A DNA stretch of 64,000 nt, from positions 31,124,001 through 31,188,000 of the forward strand of contig OY740799.1 in NCBI GenBank assembly GCA_963514005.1. The letters are read 5' to 3'. A program made the position numbers and the translations under genes. Source of the stretch: Raja brachyura (taxonomy: Eukaryota). How positions within the stretch are numbered: the first letter of the stretch is position 1; each line of letters opens with the position of its first letter. The notes below the pieces were generated by a model. That model was not told the DNA's origin. It searched no databases and saw only the letters and a list, made by a program, of their open reading frames with translations. Of this stretch, positions 42,201 to 57,200 are shown in pieces.

Positions 42201-45200
42201 TGCCACAACTGGCGCAACTCCTACCTCACAGCACCAGAGACATCAGATTGATTTGTTCCGTGGGTGCTGTGTACATGGAGATGACATGCCCTCCCTGTTA
42301 TGTGTTGCTTTCCTACAAGTATCTGAAATATATTTCACTAACCTGATGTGGTGCTGGTAGTGGTCTCTGTTGTTGATGTAGTTGTTGGTGTTCCTAGTGA
42401 AAGAAAATAAAGCAATATTTAACCAAGACAGCCAAGAGGAATTGGTATACAGCTAACTATTGGTAGTCAGGAAACCATCAGCAGCAATTCATATGCTGGT
42501 ACACTTTATTAAAATGTTTAACAGATGACATTTTTGTTCAACCTAGAATAAAATGGCAAGGCAAAATATACTTTTGATAAATCAGCAGCTGAATATTTCA
42601 GTGCAATCACAACTAATCCTGTTCTATCTATACACCAGTTGCGGATTTCCTGGAAGATCAACCGTCTTCCAAAGACTGCAAGGTCTACTTAATACCATAT
42701 TTTATAATACCATTATTCGTGGATCCATTTTTGAAAAATCTTTGAGCTGAAACAAAACTGTTTAACTGCGTTGCCATGACCAAAAACTACAGGAATAGTG
42801 GAAGAGGCGAAGGGAAGAGACCTTTTCTGTAAAAGTGAAAATCCTTATCCATGTCTGCTGAAAGGTGCCAGACTCAATTCTCTTTTTTAAATTATGGCAG
42901 GCAATCAGCAACAAATGGCCTCCTCAATTCGGTAGTTGTTTCTATATTTTCATGGTGAGAAACTACATTTTTTGAATAAAGCAATGAACAAATATTCCTG
43001 AAGAGGGGGCTATATAGAGCTTCACTAAACAAAGCACAGAGTCCAAAAGGAAACGCTAACAAGATTGATAGATGATGTTACTAACCTGATGTAGTGCTGG
43101 TAGTGGTCTCAGTTGTTGGTGTCGTTTCTAGTGAAAGAAAAGATTGCTCTATTCAAGTGGGGCAGCCAAGAGGAATTGGTACTCAGTTATAAAGCCATCA
43201 ACAGGAATTCATGAGCTGGCACATTTCATGAAAGTGTTTTAATATGTAGATTGGTTACTTCTTACTAATATGCGAAGATAAACTGCTCAGCAACAACAGA
43301 CTGTATCCCCCGCAGCCGCTCCATGGCGTTCTGCACCCAGCAAGCTTATTTCACCACCTCCAATCGGTGTGTCTCCAGTGCCATCCCCGGTCACTTCCCC
43401 GTCACTTTATCGATTAATTGAATAAAGCGTGCGATCATACTATGGGCTGCATTACTTTTTACTTGTCAATCAGCGGCTGAATAATTCAGGGTCATCATGA
43501 ACAATTTCAATTTCTTAATATACCAACTTCAGATTTTGTGGAAGCTCAGCAGTATTCTAAGACCTATTGATCAGAAATTTAGAACATAAGGAGCGGTAAA
43601 GTGCCACAACTGGCGCAACTCCTACCTCACAGCACCAGAGACATCAGATTGATTTGTTCCGTGGGTGCTGTGTACATGGAGATGACATGCCCTCCCTGTT
43701 ATGTGTTGCTTTCCTACAAGTATCTGAAATATATTTCACTAACCTGATGTGGTGCTGGTAGTGGTCTCTGTTGTTGATGTAGTTGTTGGTGTTCCTAGTG
43801 AAAGAAAATAAAGCAATATTTAACCAAGACAGCCAAGAGGAATTGGTATACAGCTAACTATTGGTAGTCAGGAAACCATCAGCAGCAATTCATATGCTGG
43901 TACACTTTATTAAAATGTTTAACAGATGACATTTTTGTTCAACCTAGAATAAAATGGCAAGGCAAAATATACTTTTGATAAATCAGCAGCTGAATATTTC
44001 AGTGCAATCACAACTAATCCTGTTCTATCTATACACCAGTTGCGGATTTCCTGGAAGATCAACCGTCTTCCAAAGACTGCAAGGTCTACTTAATACCATA
44101 TTTTATAATACCATTATTCGTGGATCCATTTTTGAAAAATCTTTGAGCTGAAACAAAACTGTTTAACTGCGTTGCCATGACCAAAAACTACAGGAATAGT
44201 GGAAGAGGCGAAGGGAAGAGACCTTTTCTGTAAAAGTGAAAATCCTTATCCATGTCTGCTGAAAGGTGCCAGACTCAATTCTCTTTTTTAAATTATGGCA
44301 GGCAATCAGCAACAAATGGCCTCCTCAATTCGGTAGTTGTTTCTATATTTTCATGGTGAGAAACTACATTTTTTGAATAAAGCAATGAACAAATATTCCT
44401 GAAGAGGGGGCTATATAGAGCTTCACTAAACAAAGCACAGAGTCCAAAAGGAAACGCTAACAAGATTGATAGATGATGTTACTAACCTGATGTAGTGCTG
44501 GTAGTGGTCTCAGTTGTTGGTGTCGTTTCTAGTGAAAGAAAAGATTGCTCTATTCAAGTGGGGCAGCCAAGAGGAATTGGTACTCAGTTATAAAGCCATC
44601 AACAGGAATTCATGAGCTGGCACATTTCATGAAAGTGTTTTAATATGTAGATTGGTTACTTCTTACTAATATGCGAAGATAAACTGCTCAGCAACAACAG
44701 ACTGTATCCCCCGCAGCCGCTCCATGGCGTTCTGCACCCAGCAAGCTTATTTCACCACCTCCAATCGGTGTGTCTCCAGTGCCATCCCCGGTCACTTCCC
44801 CGTCACTTTATCGATTAATTGAATAAAGCGTGCGATCATACTATGGGCTGCATTACTTTTTACTTGTCAATCAGCGGCTGAATAATTCAGGGTCATCATG
44901 AACAATTTCAATTTCTTAATATACCAACTTCAGATTTTGTGGAAGCTCAGCAGTATTCTAAGACCTATTGATCAGAAATTTAGAACATAAGGAGCGGTAA
45001 AGTGCCACAACTGGCGCAACTCCTACCTCACAGCACCAGAGACATCAGATTGATTTGTTCCGTGGGTGCTGTGTACATGGAGATGACATGCCCTCCCTGT
45101 TATGTGTTGCTTTCCTACAAGTATCTGAAATATATTTCACTAACCTGATGTGGTGCTGGTAGTGGTCTCTGTTGTTGATGTAGTTGTTGGTGTTCCTAGT

Positions 45201-48200
45201 GAAAGAAAATAAAGCAATATTTAACCAAGACAGCCAAGAGGAATTGGTATACAGCTAACTATTGGTAGTCAGGAAACCATCAGCAGCAATTCATATGCTG
45301 GTACACTTTATTAAAATGTTTAACAGATGACATTTTTGTTCAACCTAGAATAAAATGGCAAGGCAAAATATACTTTTGATAAATCAGCAGCTGAATATTT
45401 CAGTGCAATCACAACTAATCCTGTTCTATCTATACACCAGTTGCGGATTTCCTGGAAGATCAACCGTCTTCCAAAGACTGCAAGGTCTACTTAATACCAT
45501 ATTTTATAATACCATTATTCGTGGATCCATTTTTGAAAAATCTTTGAGCTGAAACAAAACTGTTTAACTGCGTTGCCATGACCAAAAACTACAGGAATAG
45601 TGGAAGAGGCGAAGGGAAGAGACCTTTTCTGTAAAAGTGAAAATCCTTATCCATGTCTGCTGAAAGGTGCCAGACTCAATTCTCTTTTTTAAATTATGGC
45701 AGGCAATCAGCAACAAATGGCCTCCTCAATTCGGTAGTTGTTTCTATATTTTCATGGTGAGAAACTACATTTTTTGAATAAAGCAATGAACAAATATTCC
45801 TGAAGAGGGGGCTATATAGAGCTTCACTAAACAAAGCACAGAGTCCAAAAGGAAACGCTAACAAGATTGATAGATGATGTTACTAACCTGATGTAGTGCT
45901 GGTAGTGGTCTCAGTTGTTGGTGTCGTTTCTAGTGAAAGAAAAGATTGCTCTATTCAAGTGGGGCAGCCAAGAGAATTGGTACGCAGTTATAAAGCCATC
46001 AACAGGAATTCATGAGCTGGCACATTTTATGAAAGTGTTTTCATGTGTAGTTTGGTTGCTTCTTACTAATATGCAAAGATAAACTGCTCAGCAACAACAG
46101 ACTGTGTCCCCCGTGGCCTCTCCACGGCGTTCTGCGCCCAGCACGCTTATTTCACCACCTCGCCGGTCACTTTCCCGGACACTTCACCGGTGAATTCCCC
46201 ATCACTTTACCGATTAATTGAATAAAGCGTGCGGCCATACTATACGGCTGCATTACTTTTTCCTTGTCAATCAGCAGCTGAATATTTCAGGGCCATCATA
46301 AACAATTTCAATTTCTTAATGTACCAACTTCAGATTTTGTGGAAGCTCAGCAAGTATTCCAAGAACTACTGATCAGAAATGTCGAACATAAGGAGCGGTA
46401 AAGTGCCAAAACTGTTGCAACTCCTACCTCACAGCACCAGAGACATCAGATTGATTTGTTCCGTGGGTGTTGTGTGCATGGAGATGACATGTCCTCCCTG
46501 TTATGTGTGGCTTTCCTACAAATGTCTGAAATATATTGTCACTAACCTGATGTAGTACTGGTAGTGGTCTCAGTTATTGATGTAGTTGTTGGTGTTCCTG
46601 GTGAAAGAAAATAACGCAATATTCAACCAAGACGGCAAGAGGAATTGGTACACAGCTAACTATTGGCAGTCAAGAAACCATCAGAAGGAATTCATAGGCT
46701 GGCACGCATTATTAAAAATTTTAACAGATGGCATTTTTGTTCTTCGTAGAATAAAATGACAGAGCAAAATATATTTGATCAATCAGCAGCTGAATATTTC
46801 TGTGCCATCACAAATAAACCTGTTCTGACTATACATCAGTTACGGATATCCTGGAAGATTACCGTCTTCCAAAGACCTCAAAATCACCATGTTGTCCAAT
46901 ACCATTATTTGTTGAACCATGTTTGAAAAATCTTTGAGCTGAAACAAAACTGTTTAACAGCGTTGCCATGACAAAAAAACTCCCGGAAATCTGGAGGAGG
47001 CGAAGGGAAGAGACCTTTTCTAAAAAGCGAAAATCCTTATCCATGTCAACTGAAAAATGCCAGATTTAATGCTGTTTGTGAGATTATTGTAGGCAACCAG
47101 CACCAAAAGGCCTCCTTAATTTGGTAGTTGTTTCTATATTTTTGTGGTGAGAAACTACATTTTTGGAATAAAACAATGAACAAATATTCATGAAGAGGGG
47201 GCTATATAGAGCTTCACTAAACAAAGCACAGAGTCCAAAAGGAAAAGCTAACAAGATTGATAGATGATGATACTAACCTGATGTAGTGCTGGTGGTGGTC
47301 TCAGTTGTTGCTGTTGTTTCTAGTGAAAGAAAAGATTGCTCTATTCAAGTGGGGCAGCCAAGAGAATTGGAACGCAGATATGAAGCCATCAACAGGAATT
47401 CATCAACTGGCATATTTTATGAAAACGTTTTACTAGTTGTCACTTTCTTCATCAGTGAATAAACCATGCGGCCATACTATACGGCTGCATTACTTTTTCC
47501 TTGTCTTTGAGAAATTGCATCTGATCAGGCATCTAGAAATATTGATTTGGCACAGCTGTGCAGCTGGTAGAGCTGCAGCCTCATAGTGTCATAGATTTGT
47601 ATTCTATCCTAACCTCGGGTGCTGTCAGGGCTGGGATTGCACGTTCTCCCTTTCACTACCTGTGATCCCCCCAAGTTTTTAACAGAGGATGATACTGACC
47701 TGATGTAGTGGTGGTCCCAGATGTTGATGTAGTTGTTTCTAGTGAAATAAAAAAATGTTATGTTCCACTGAGACAAACAAGAGGAATTGTTATGCGGTTT
47801 AGAATCCTCCAACAGGAATTTATCAACTGGCACCTTTTAATAAGAAATTTTACACTTGATCTTTACTTATCAGTGAATATAGCGTATGGCCATACTATGC
47901 TGCTGCATTACTTTTTCCTTGTCAATCAGCTGCTGAATGTCAGGGCCACCACAAATAATTCCAACTTCTTAATGTACCAACTTCAGATTTTGTGGAAGCT
48001 CAGCAAGTATTCCAAGAACTACTGATCATAAATTTACAACATAAGCAGCGGTAAAGTGCCACAACTGTTGCAACTCCTACCTCACAGCACCAGAGACTTC
48101 AGATTGATTTGTTCCGTGGGTGCTGTGTGCATGGAGATTACATGTACTCCCTGTTATGTGTGCCTTTCCTACATGTGTGTGAAATATATTGTCACTAACC

Positions 48201-51200
48201 TGATGTAGTACTGGTAGTGGTCTCTGTTGTTGATGTAGTTGTTGGTGTTTCTAGTGAAAGAAAATAATGCAATATTCAACCAGGACAGCCAAGAGGAATT
48301 GGTACATAGCTAACTATTGGTAGTCAGGAAACCATCAGCAGGAATTCATATGGTGGCACACTTAATTGAAATGTTGAACAGAAGGCATTTTTGTTCTTCA
48401 CAGAATAAAATTGTAGGGAAAATATAATTTTGATCAATCAGAAGCTGAATATTTCAGTGCCATCACAAATAATTCTGTTCTATCTATACACCAGTTGCAG
48501 ATTTCCTGGAAGATCAACCATCTTCCAAAGACTGCAAGGTCTACTTAATACCATCATTTCCGATAGTATGTACTGTGTGTACTATGGGTAAGCATGTCTG
48601 TTCATATGCCCCATTGATACATGATTATCAACTTGCATAAATTGTGTTCATTATAATCATGTTTTTGATTTTTGCTATGGAATGGCCGTAGAAATTGAGA
48701 AGCAGAAAACACCAACTCATTTCCTCCACAAATCCAAACTATTTTGAAATTGTGACAAAATTTGGTAGAATTGTTATGAGTCAAACATTGACATCTTAAC
48801 ATGTATATTTGCACAATTTATGCCAATAATTTAAGCAAAGATGCAAGAAGTAAGTCACAGAGCTGATGTTAGAAATGTTGTCTCATTGTCTTCGATTTGC
48901 CAATGTTTATTGAAAGTGGTTTGACTCACCTGTTGTGGAACTGGAGGTAGTCTCAGTTGTTCCAGTTGTCAAAGATGTTGTTGGTGTTGTTCCTGGAGAG
49001 CAAATAGAAAAGAATTTACAAATTGAATTGCAAGAGTCACCAATCAATTTCAGTACGACACTGTACATTTTCAAAAGACTGGGCTGAATTTTAACAATGT
49101 TCATTGCTTGTGCCTATGCAAAGGACATTTATTAGTAAACCAAATTTTGTTTCGTCATTTATCAAATGCACCGAAATTATAAATAGACATTGTGATTTTT
49201 AGAAGAAAGTTCTAAACTCCTTCGTTGATCAACTTTGGAACCATCATTGAGCAGAAACAAAACTGTTTAACAGCGCTGCCATGACCAAAAACTCCCGGAA
49301 TAGTGGAGGAGGCGAAGGGAAGAGACCTTTTCTAAAAAGTGAAAATCCTTATCCATGTCAACTGAAAAGTGCAGATTTAATGCTCTTTTTGAAATTATTG
49401 TAGGCAACCAGCACCAAAAGGCCTCATTAATTTGGTATTTACTTCTATATTTTCGTGGTGAGAAACTACATTTTTGGAATAAAGCAATGAACAAATATTC
49501 ATGAAGAGGGTGCGATATGGAGCTTCACTAAACAAAGCACCGAATCCAAAAGGAAAAGTTAACAAGATTGATAGATGATGTTACTAACCTGATGTAGTGC
49601 TGGTGGTGGTCTCAGTTGTTGGTGTCGTTTCTAGTGAAAGAAAAGATTGCTCTATTCAAGTGGGGCAGCCAAGAGGAATTGGTACTCAGTTATAAAGCCA
49701 TCAACAGGAATTCATGAGCTGGCACATTTCATGAAAGTGTTTTAATATGTAGATTGGTTACTTCTTACTAATATGCGAAGATAAACTGCTCAGCAACAAC
49801 AGACTGTATCCCCCGCAGCCGCTCCATGGCGTTCTGCACCCAGCAAGCTTATTTCACCACCTCCAATCGGTGTGTCTCCAGTGCCATCCCCGGTCACTTC
49901 CCCGTCACTTTATCGATTAATTGAATAAAGCGTGCGATCATACTATGGGCTGCATTACTTTTTACTTGTCAATCAGCGGCTGAATAATTCAGGGTCATCA
50001 TGAACAATTTCAATTTCTTAATATACCAACTTCAGATTTTGTGGAAGCTCAGCAGTATTCTAAGACCTATTGATCAGAAATTTAGAACATAAGGAGCGGT
50101 AAAGTGCCACAACTGGCGCAACTCCTACCTCACAGCACCAGAGACATCAGATTGATTTGTTCCGTGGGTGCTGTGTACATGGAGATGACATGCCCTCCCT
50201 GTTATGTGTTGCTTTCCTACAAGTATCTGAAATATATTTCACTAACCTGATGTGGTGCTGGTAGTGGTCTCTGTTGTTGATGTAGTTGTTGGTGTTCCTA
50301 GTGAAAGAAAATAAAGCAATATTTAACCAAGACAGCCAAGAGGAATTGGTATACAGCTAACTATTGGTAGTCAGGAAACCATCAGCAGCAATTCATATGC
50401 TGGTACACTTTATTAAAATGTTTAACAGATGACATTTTTGTTCAACCTAGAATAAAATGGCAAGGCAAAATATACTTTTGATAAATCAGCAGCTGAATAT
50501 TTCAGTGCAATCACAACTAATCCTGTTCTATCTATACACCAGTTGCGGATTTCCTGGAAGATCAACCGTCTTCCAAAGACTGCAAGGTCTACTTAATACC
50601 ATATTTTATAATACCATTATTCGTGGATCCATTTTTGAAAAATCTTTGAGCTGAAACAAAACTGTTTAACTGCGTTGCCATGACCAAAAACTACAGGAAT
50701 AGTGGAAGAGGCGAAGGGAAGAGACCTTTTCTGTAAAAGTGAAAATCCTTATCCATGTCTGCTGAAAGGTGCCAGACTCAATTCTCTTTTTTAAATTATG
50801 GCAGGCAATCAGCAACAAATGGCCTCCTCAATTCGGTAGTTGTTTCTATATTTTCATGGTGAGAAACTACATTTTTTGAATAAAGCAATGAACAAATATT
50901 CCTGAAGAGGGGGCTATATAGAGCTTCACTAAACAAAGCACAGAGTCCAAAAGGAAACGCTAACAAGATTGATAGATGATGTTACTAACCTGATGTAGTG
51001 CTGGTAGTGGTCTCAGTTGTTGGTGTCGTTTCTAGTGAAAGAAAAGATTGCTCTATTCAAGTGGGGCAGCCAAGAGGAATTGGTACTCAGTTATAAAGCC
51101 ATCAACAGGAATTCATGAGCTGGCACATTTCATGAAAGTGTTTTAATATGTAGATTGGTTACTTCTTACTAATATGCGAAGATAAACTGCTCAGCAACAA

Positions 51201-54200
51201 CAGACTGTATCCCCCGCAGCCGCTCCATGGCGTTCTGCACCCAGCAAGCTTATTTCACCACCTCCAATCGGTGTGTCTCCAGTGCCATCCCCGGTCACTT
51301 CCCCGTCACTTTATCGATTAATTGAATAAAGCGTGCGATCATACTATGGGCTGCATTACTTTTTACTTGTCAATCAGCGGCTGAATAATTCAGGGTCATC
51401 ATGAACAATTTCAATTTCTTAATATACCAACTTCAGATTTTGTGGAAGCTCAGCAGTATTCTAAGACCTATTGATCAGAAATTTAGAACATAAGGAGCGG
51501 TAAAGTGCCACAACTGGCGCAACTCCTACCTCACAGCACCAGAGACATCAGATTGATTTGTTCCGTGGGTGCTGTGTACATGGAGATGACATGCCCTCCC
51601 TGTTATGTGTTGCTTTCCTACAAGTATCTGAAATATATTTCACTAACCTGATGTGGTGCTGGTAGTGGTCTCTGTTGTTGATGTAGTTGTTGGTGTTCCT
51701 AGTGAAAGAAAATAAAGCAATATTTAACCAAGACAGCCAAGAGGAATTGGTATACAGCTAACTATTGGTAGTCAGGAAACCATCAGCAGCAATTCATATG
51801 CTGGTACACTTTATTAAAATGTTTAACAGATGACATTTTTGTTCAACCTAGAATAAAATGGCAAGGCAAAATATACTTTTGATAAATCAGCAGCTGAATA
51901 TTTCAGTGCAATCACAACTAATCCTGTTCTATCTATACACCAGTTGCGGATTTCCTGGAAGATCAACCGTCTTCCAAAGACTGCAAGGTCTACTTAATAC
52001 CATATTTTATAATACCATTATTCGTGGATCCATTTTTGAAAAATCTTTGAGCTGAAACAAAACTGTTTAACTGCGTTGCCATGACCAAAAACTACAGGAA
52101 TAGTGGAAGAGGCGAAGGGAAGAGACCTTTTCTGTAAAAGTGAAAATCCTTATCCATGTCTGCTGAAAGGTGCCAGACTCAATTCTCTTTTTTAAATTAT
52201 GGCAGGCAATCAGCAACAAATGGCCTCCTCAATTCGGTAGTTGTTTCTATATTTTCATGGTGAGAAACTACATTTTTTGAATAAAGCAATGAACAAATAT
52301 TCCTGAAGAGGGGGCTATATAGAGCTTCACTAAACAAAGCACAGAGTCCAAAAGGAAACGCTAACAAGATTGATAGATGATGTTACTAACCTGATGTAGT
52401 GCTGGTAGTGGTCTCAGTTGTTGGTGTCGTTTCTAGTGAAAGAAAAGATTGCTCTATTCAAGTGGGGCAGCCAAGAGAATTGGTACGCAGTTATAAAGCC
52501 ATCAACAGGAATTCATGAGCTGGCACATTTTATGAAAGTGTTTTCATGTGTAGTTTGGTTGCTTCTTACTAATATGCAAAGATAAACTGCTCAGCAACAA
52601 CAGACTGTGTCCCCCGTGGCCTCTCCACGGCGTTCTGCGCCCAGCACGCTTATTTCACCACCTCGCCGGTCACTTTCCCGGACACTTCACCGGTGAATTC
52701 CCCATCACTTTACCGATTAATTGAATAAAGCGTGCGGCCATACTATACGGCTGCATTACTTTTTCCTTGTCAATCAGCAGCTGAATATTTCAGGGCCATC
52801 ATAAACAATTTCAATTTCTTAATGTACCAACTTCAGATTTTGTGGAAGCTCAGCAAGTATTCCAAGAACTACTGATCAGAAATGTCGAACATAAGGAGCG
52901 GTAAAGTGCCAAAACTGTTGCAACTCCTACCTCACAGCACCAGAGACATCAGATTGATTTGTTCCGTGGGTGTTGTGTGCATGGAGATGACATGTCCTCC
53001 CTGTTATGTGTGGCTTTCCTACAAATGTCTGAAATATATTGTCACTAACCTGATGTAGTACTGGTAGTGGTCTCAGTTATTGATGTAGTTGTTGGTGTTC
53101 CTGGTGAAAGAAAATAACGCAATATTCAACCAAGACGGCAAGAGGAATTGGTACACAGCTAACTATTGGCAGTCAAGAAACCATCAGAAGGAATTCATAG
53201 GCTGGCACGCATTATTAAAAATTTTAACAGATGGCATTTTTGTTCTTCGTAGAATAAAATGACAGAGCAAAATATATTTGATCAATCAGCAGCTGAATAT
53301 TTCTGTGCCATCACAAATAAACCTGTTCTGACTATACATCAGTTACGGATATCCTGGAAGATTACCGTCTTCCAAAGACCTCAAAATCACCATGTTGTCC
53401 AATACCATTATTTGTTGAACCATGTTTGAAAAATCTTTGAGCTGAAACAAAACTGTTTAACAGCGTTGCCATGACAAAAAAACTCCCGGAAATCTGGAGG
53501 AGGCGAAGGGAAGAGACCTTTTCTAAAAAGCGAAAATCCTTATCCATGTCAACTGAAAAATGCCAGATTTAATGCTGTTTGTGAGATTATTGTAGGCAAC
53601 CAGCACCAAAAGGCCTCCTTAATTTGGTAGTTGTTTCTATATTTTTGTGGTGAGAAACTACATTTTTGGAATAAAACAATGAACAAATATTCATGAAGAG
53701 GGGGCTATATAGAGCTTCACTAAACAAAGCACAGAGTCCAAAAGGAAAAGCTAACAAGATTGATAGATGATGATACTAACCTGATGTAGTGCTGGTGGTG
53801 GTCTCAGTTGTTGGTGTTGTTTCTAGTGAAAGAAAAGATTGCTCTATTCAAGTGGGGCAGCCAAGAGAATTGGAACGCAGATATGAAGCCATCAACAGGA
53901 ATTCATCAACTGGCATATTTTATGAAAACGTTTTACTAGTTGTCACTTTCTTCATCAGTGAATAAACCATGCGGCCATACTATACGGCTGCATTACTTTT
54001 TCCTTGTCTTTGAGAAATTGCATCTGATCAGGCATCTAGAAATATTGATTTGGCACAGCTGTGCAGCTGGTAGAGCTGCAGCCTCATAGTGTCATAGATT
54101 TGTATTCTATCCTAACCTCGGGTGCTGTCAGGGCTGGGATTGCACGTTCTCCCTTTCACTACCTGTGATCCCCCCAAGTTTTTAACAGAGGATGATACTG

Positions 54201-57200
54201 ACCTGATGTAGTGGTGGTCCCAGATGTTGATGTAGTTGTTTCTAGTGAAATAAAAAAATGTTATGTTCCACTGAGACAAACAAGAGGAATAGTTATGCGG
54301 TTTAGAATCCTCCAACAGGAATTTATCAACTGGCACCTTTTAATAAGAAATTTTACACTTGATCTTTACTTATCAGTGAATATAGCGTATGGCCATACTA
54401 TGCTGCTGCATTACTTTTTCCTTGTCAATCAGCTGCTGAATGTCAGGGCCACCACAAATAATTCCAACTTCTTAATGTACCAACTTCAGATTTTGTGGAA
54501 GCTCAGCAAATATTCCAAGAACTACTGATCATAAATTTACAACATAAGCAGCGGTAAAGTGCCACAACTGTTGCAACTCCTACCTCACAGCACCAGAGAC
54601 TTCAGATTGATTTGTTCCGTGGGTGCTGTGTGCATGGAGATTACATGTACTCCCTGTTATGTGTGCCTTTCCTACATGTGTGTGAAATATATTGACACTA
54701 ACCTGATGTAGTACTGGTAGTGGTCTCTGTTGTTGATGTAGTTGTTGGTGTTTCTAGTGAAAGAAAATAATGCAATATTCAACCAGGACAGCCAAGAGGA
54801 ATTGGTACATAGCTAACTATTGGTAGTCAGGAAACCATCAGCAGGAATTCATATGGTGGCACACTTAATTGAAATGTTGAACAGAAGGCATTTTTGTTCT
54901 TCACAGAATAAAATTGTAGGGAAAATATAATTTTGATCAATCAGAAGCTGAATATTTCAGTGCCATCACAAATAATTCTGTTCTATCTATACACCAGTTG
55001 CAGATTTCCTGGAAGATCAACCATCTGCCAAAGACTGCAAGGTCTACTTAATACCATCATTTCCGATAGTATGTACTGTGTGTACTATGGGTAAGCATGT
55101 CTGTTCATATGCCCCATTGATACATGATTATCAACTTGCATAAATTGTGTTCATTATAATCATGTTTTTGATTTTTGCTATGGAATGGCCGTAGAAATTG
55201 AGAAGCAGAAAACACCAACTCATTTCCTCCACAAATCCAAACTATTTTGAAATTGTGACATAATTTGGTAGAATTGTTATGAGTCAAACATTGACATCTT
55301 AACATGTATATTTGCACAATTTATGCCAATAATTTAAGCAAAGATGCAAGAAGTAAGTCACAGAGCTGATGTTAGAAATGTTGTCTCATTGTCTTCGATT
55401 TGCCAATGTTTATTGAAAGTGGTTTGACTCACCTGTTGTGGAACTGGAGGTAGTCTCAGTTGTTCCAGTTGTCAAAGATGTTGTTGGTGTTGTTCCTGGA
55501 GAGCAAATAGAAAAGAATTTACAAATTGAATTGCAAGAGTCACCAATCAATTTCAGTACGACACTGTACATTTTCAAAAGACTGGGCTGAATTTTAACAA
55601 TGTTCATTGCTTGTGCCTATGCAAAGGACATTTATTAGTAAACCAAATTTTGTTTCGTCATTTATCAAATGCACCGAAATTATAAATAGACATTGTGATT
55701 TTTAGAAGAAAGTTCTAAACTCCTTCGTTGATCAACTTTGGAACCATCATTGAGCAGAAACAAAACTGTTTAACAGCGCTGCCATGACCAAAAACTCCCG
55801 GAATAGTGGAGGAGGCGAAGGGAAAAGACCTTTTCTAAAAAGTGAAAATCCTTATCCATGTCAACTGAAAAGTGCAGATTTAATGCTCTTTTTGAAATTA
55901 TTGTAGGCAACCAGCACCAAAAGGCCTCATTAATTTGGTATTTACTTCTATATTTTTGTGGTGAGAAACTACATTTTTGGAATAAAGCAATGAACAAATA
56001 TTCATGAAGAGGGTGCGATATGGAGCTTCACTAAACAAAGCACCGAATCCAAAAGGAAAAGTTAACAAGATTGATAGATGATGTTACTAACCTGATGTAG
56101 TGCTGGTGGTGGTCTCAGTTGTTGGTGTCGTTTCTAGTGAAAGAAAAGATTGCTCTATTCAAGTGGGGCAGCCAAGAGGAATTGGTACTCAGTTATAAAG
56201 CCATCAACAGGAATTCATGAGCTGGCACATTTCATGAAAGTGTTTTAATATGTAGATTGGTTACTTCTTACTAATATGCGAAGATAAACTGCTCAGCAAC
56301 AACAGACTGTATCCCCCGCAGCCGCTCCATGGCGTTCTGCACCCAGCACGCTTATTTCACCACCTCCAATCGGTGTGTCTCCGGTGCCATCCCCGGTCAC
56401 TTCCCCGTCACTTTATCGATTAATTGAATAAAGCGTGCGATCATACTATGGGCTGCATTACTTTTTACTTGTCAATCAGCGGCTGAATAATTCAGGGTCA
56501 TCATGAACAATTTCAATTTCTTAATATACCAACTTCAGATTTTGTGGAAGCTCAGCAGTATTCTAAGACCTATTGATCAGAAATTTAGAACATAAGGAGC
56601 GGTAAAGTGCCACAACTGGCGCAACTCCTACCTCACAGCACCAGAGACATCAGATTGATTTGTTCCGTGGGTGCTGTGTACATGGAGATGACATGCCCTC
56701 CCTGTTATGTGTTGCTTTCCTACAAGTATCTGAAATATATTTCACTAACCTGATGTGGTGCTGGTAGTGGTCTCTGTTGTTGATGTAGTTGTTGGTGTTC
56801 CTAGTGAAAGAAAATAAAGCAATATTTAACCAAGACAGCCAAGAGGAATTGGTATACAGCTAACTATTGGTAGTCAGGAAACCATCAGCAGCAATTCATA
56901 TGCTGGTACACTTTATTAAAATGTTTAACAGATGACATTTTTGTTCAACCTAGAATAAAATGGCAAGGCAAAATATACTTTTGATAAATCAGCAGCTGAA
57001 TATTTCAGTGCAATCACAAATAATCCTGTTCTATCTATACACCAGTTGCGGATTTCCTGGAAGATCAACCGTCTTCCAAAGACTGCAAGGTCTACTTAAT
57101 ACCATATTTTATAATACCATTATTCGTGGATCCATTTTTGAAAAATCTTTGAGCTGAAACAAAACTGTTTAACTGCGTTGCCATGACCAAAAACTACAGG

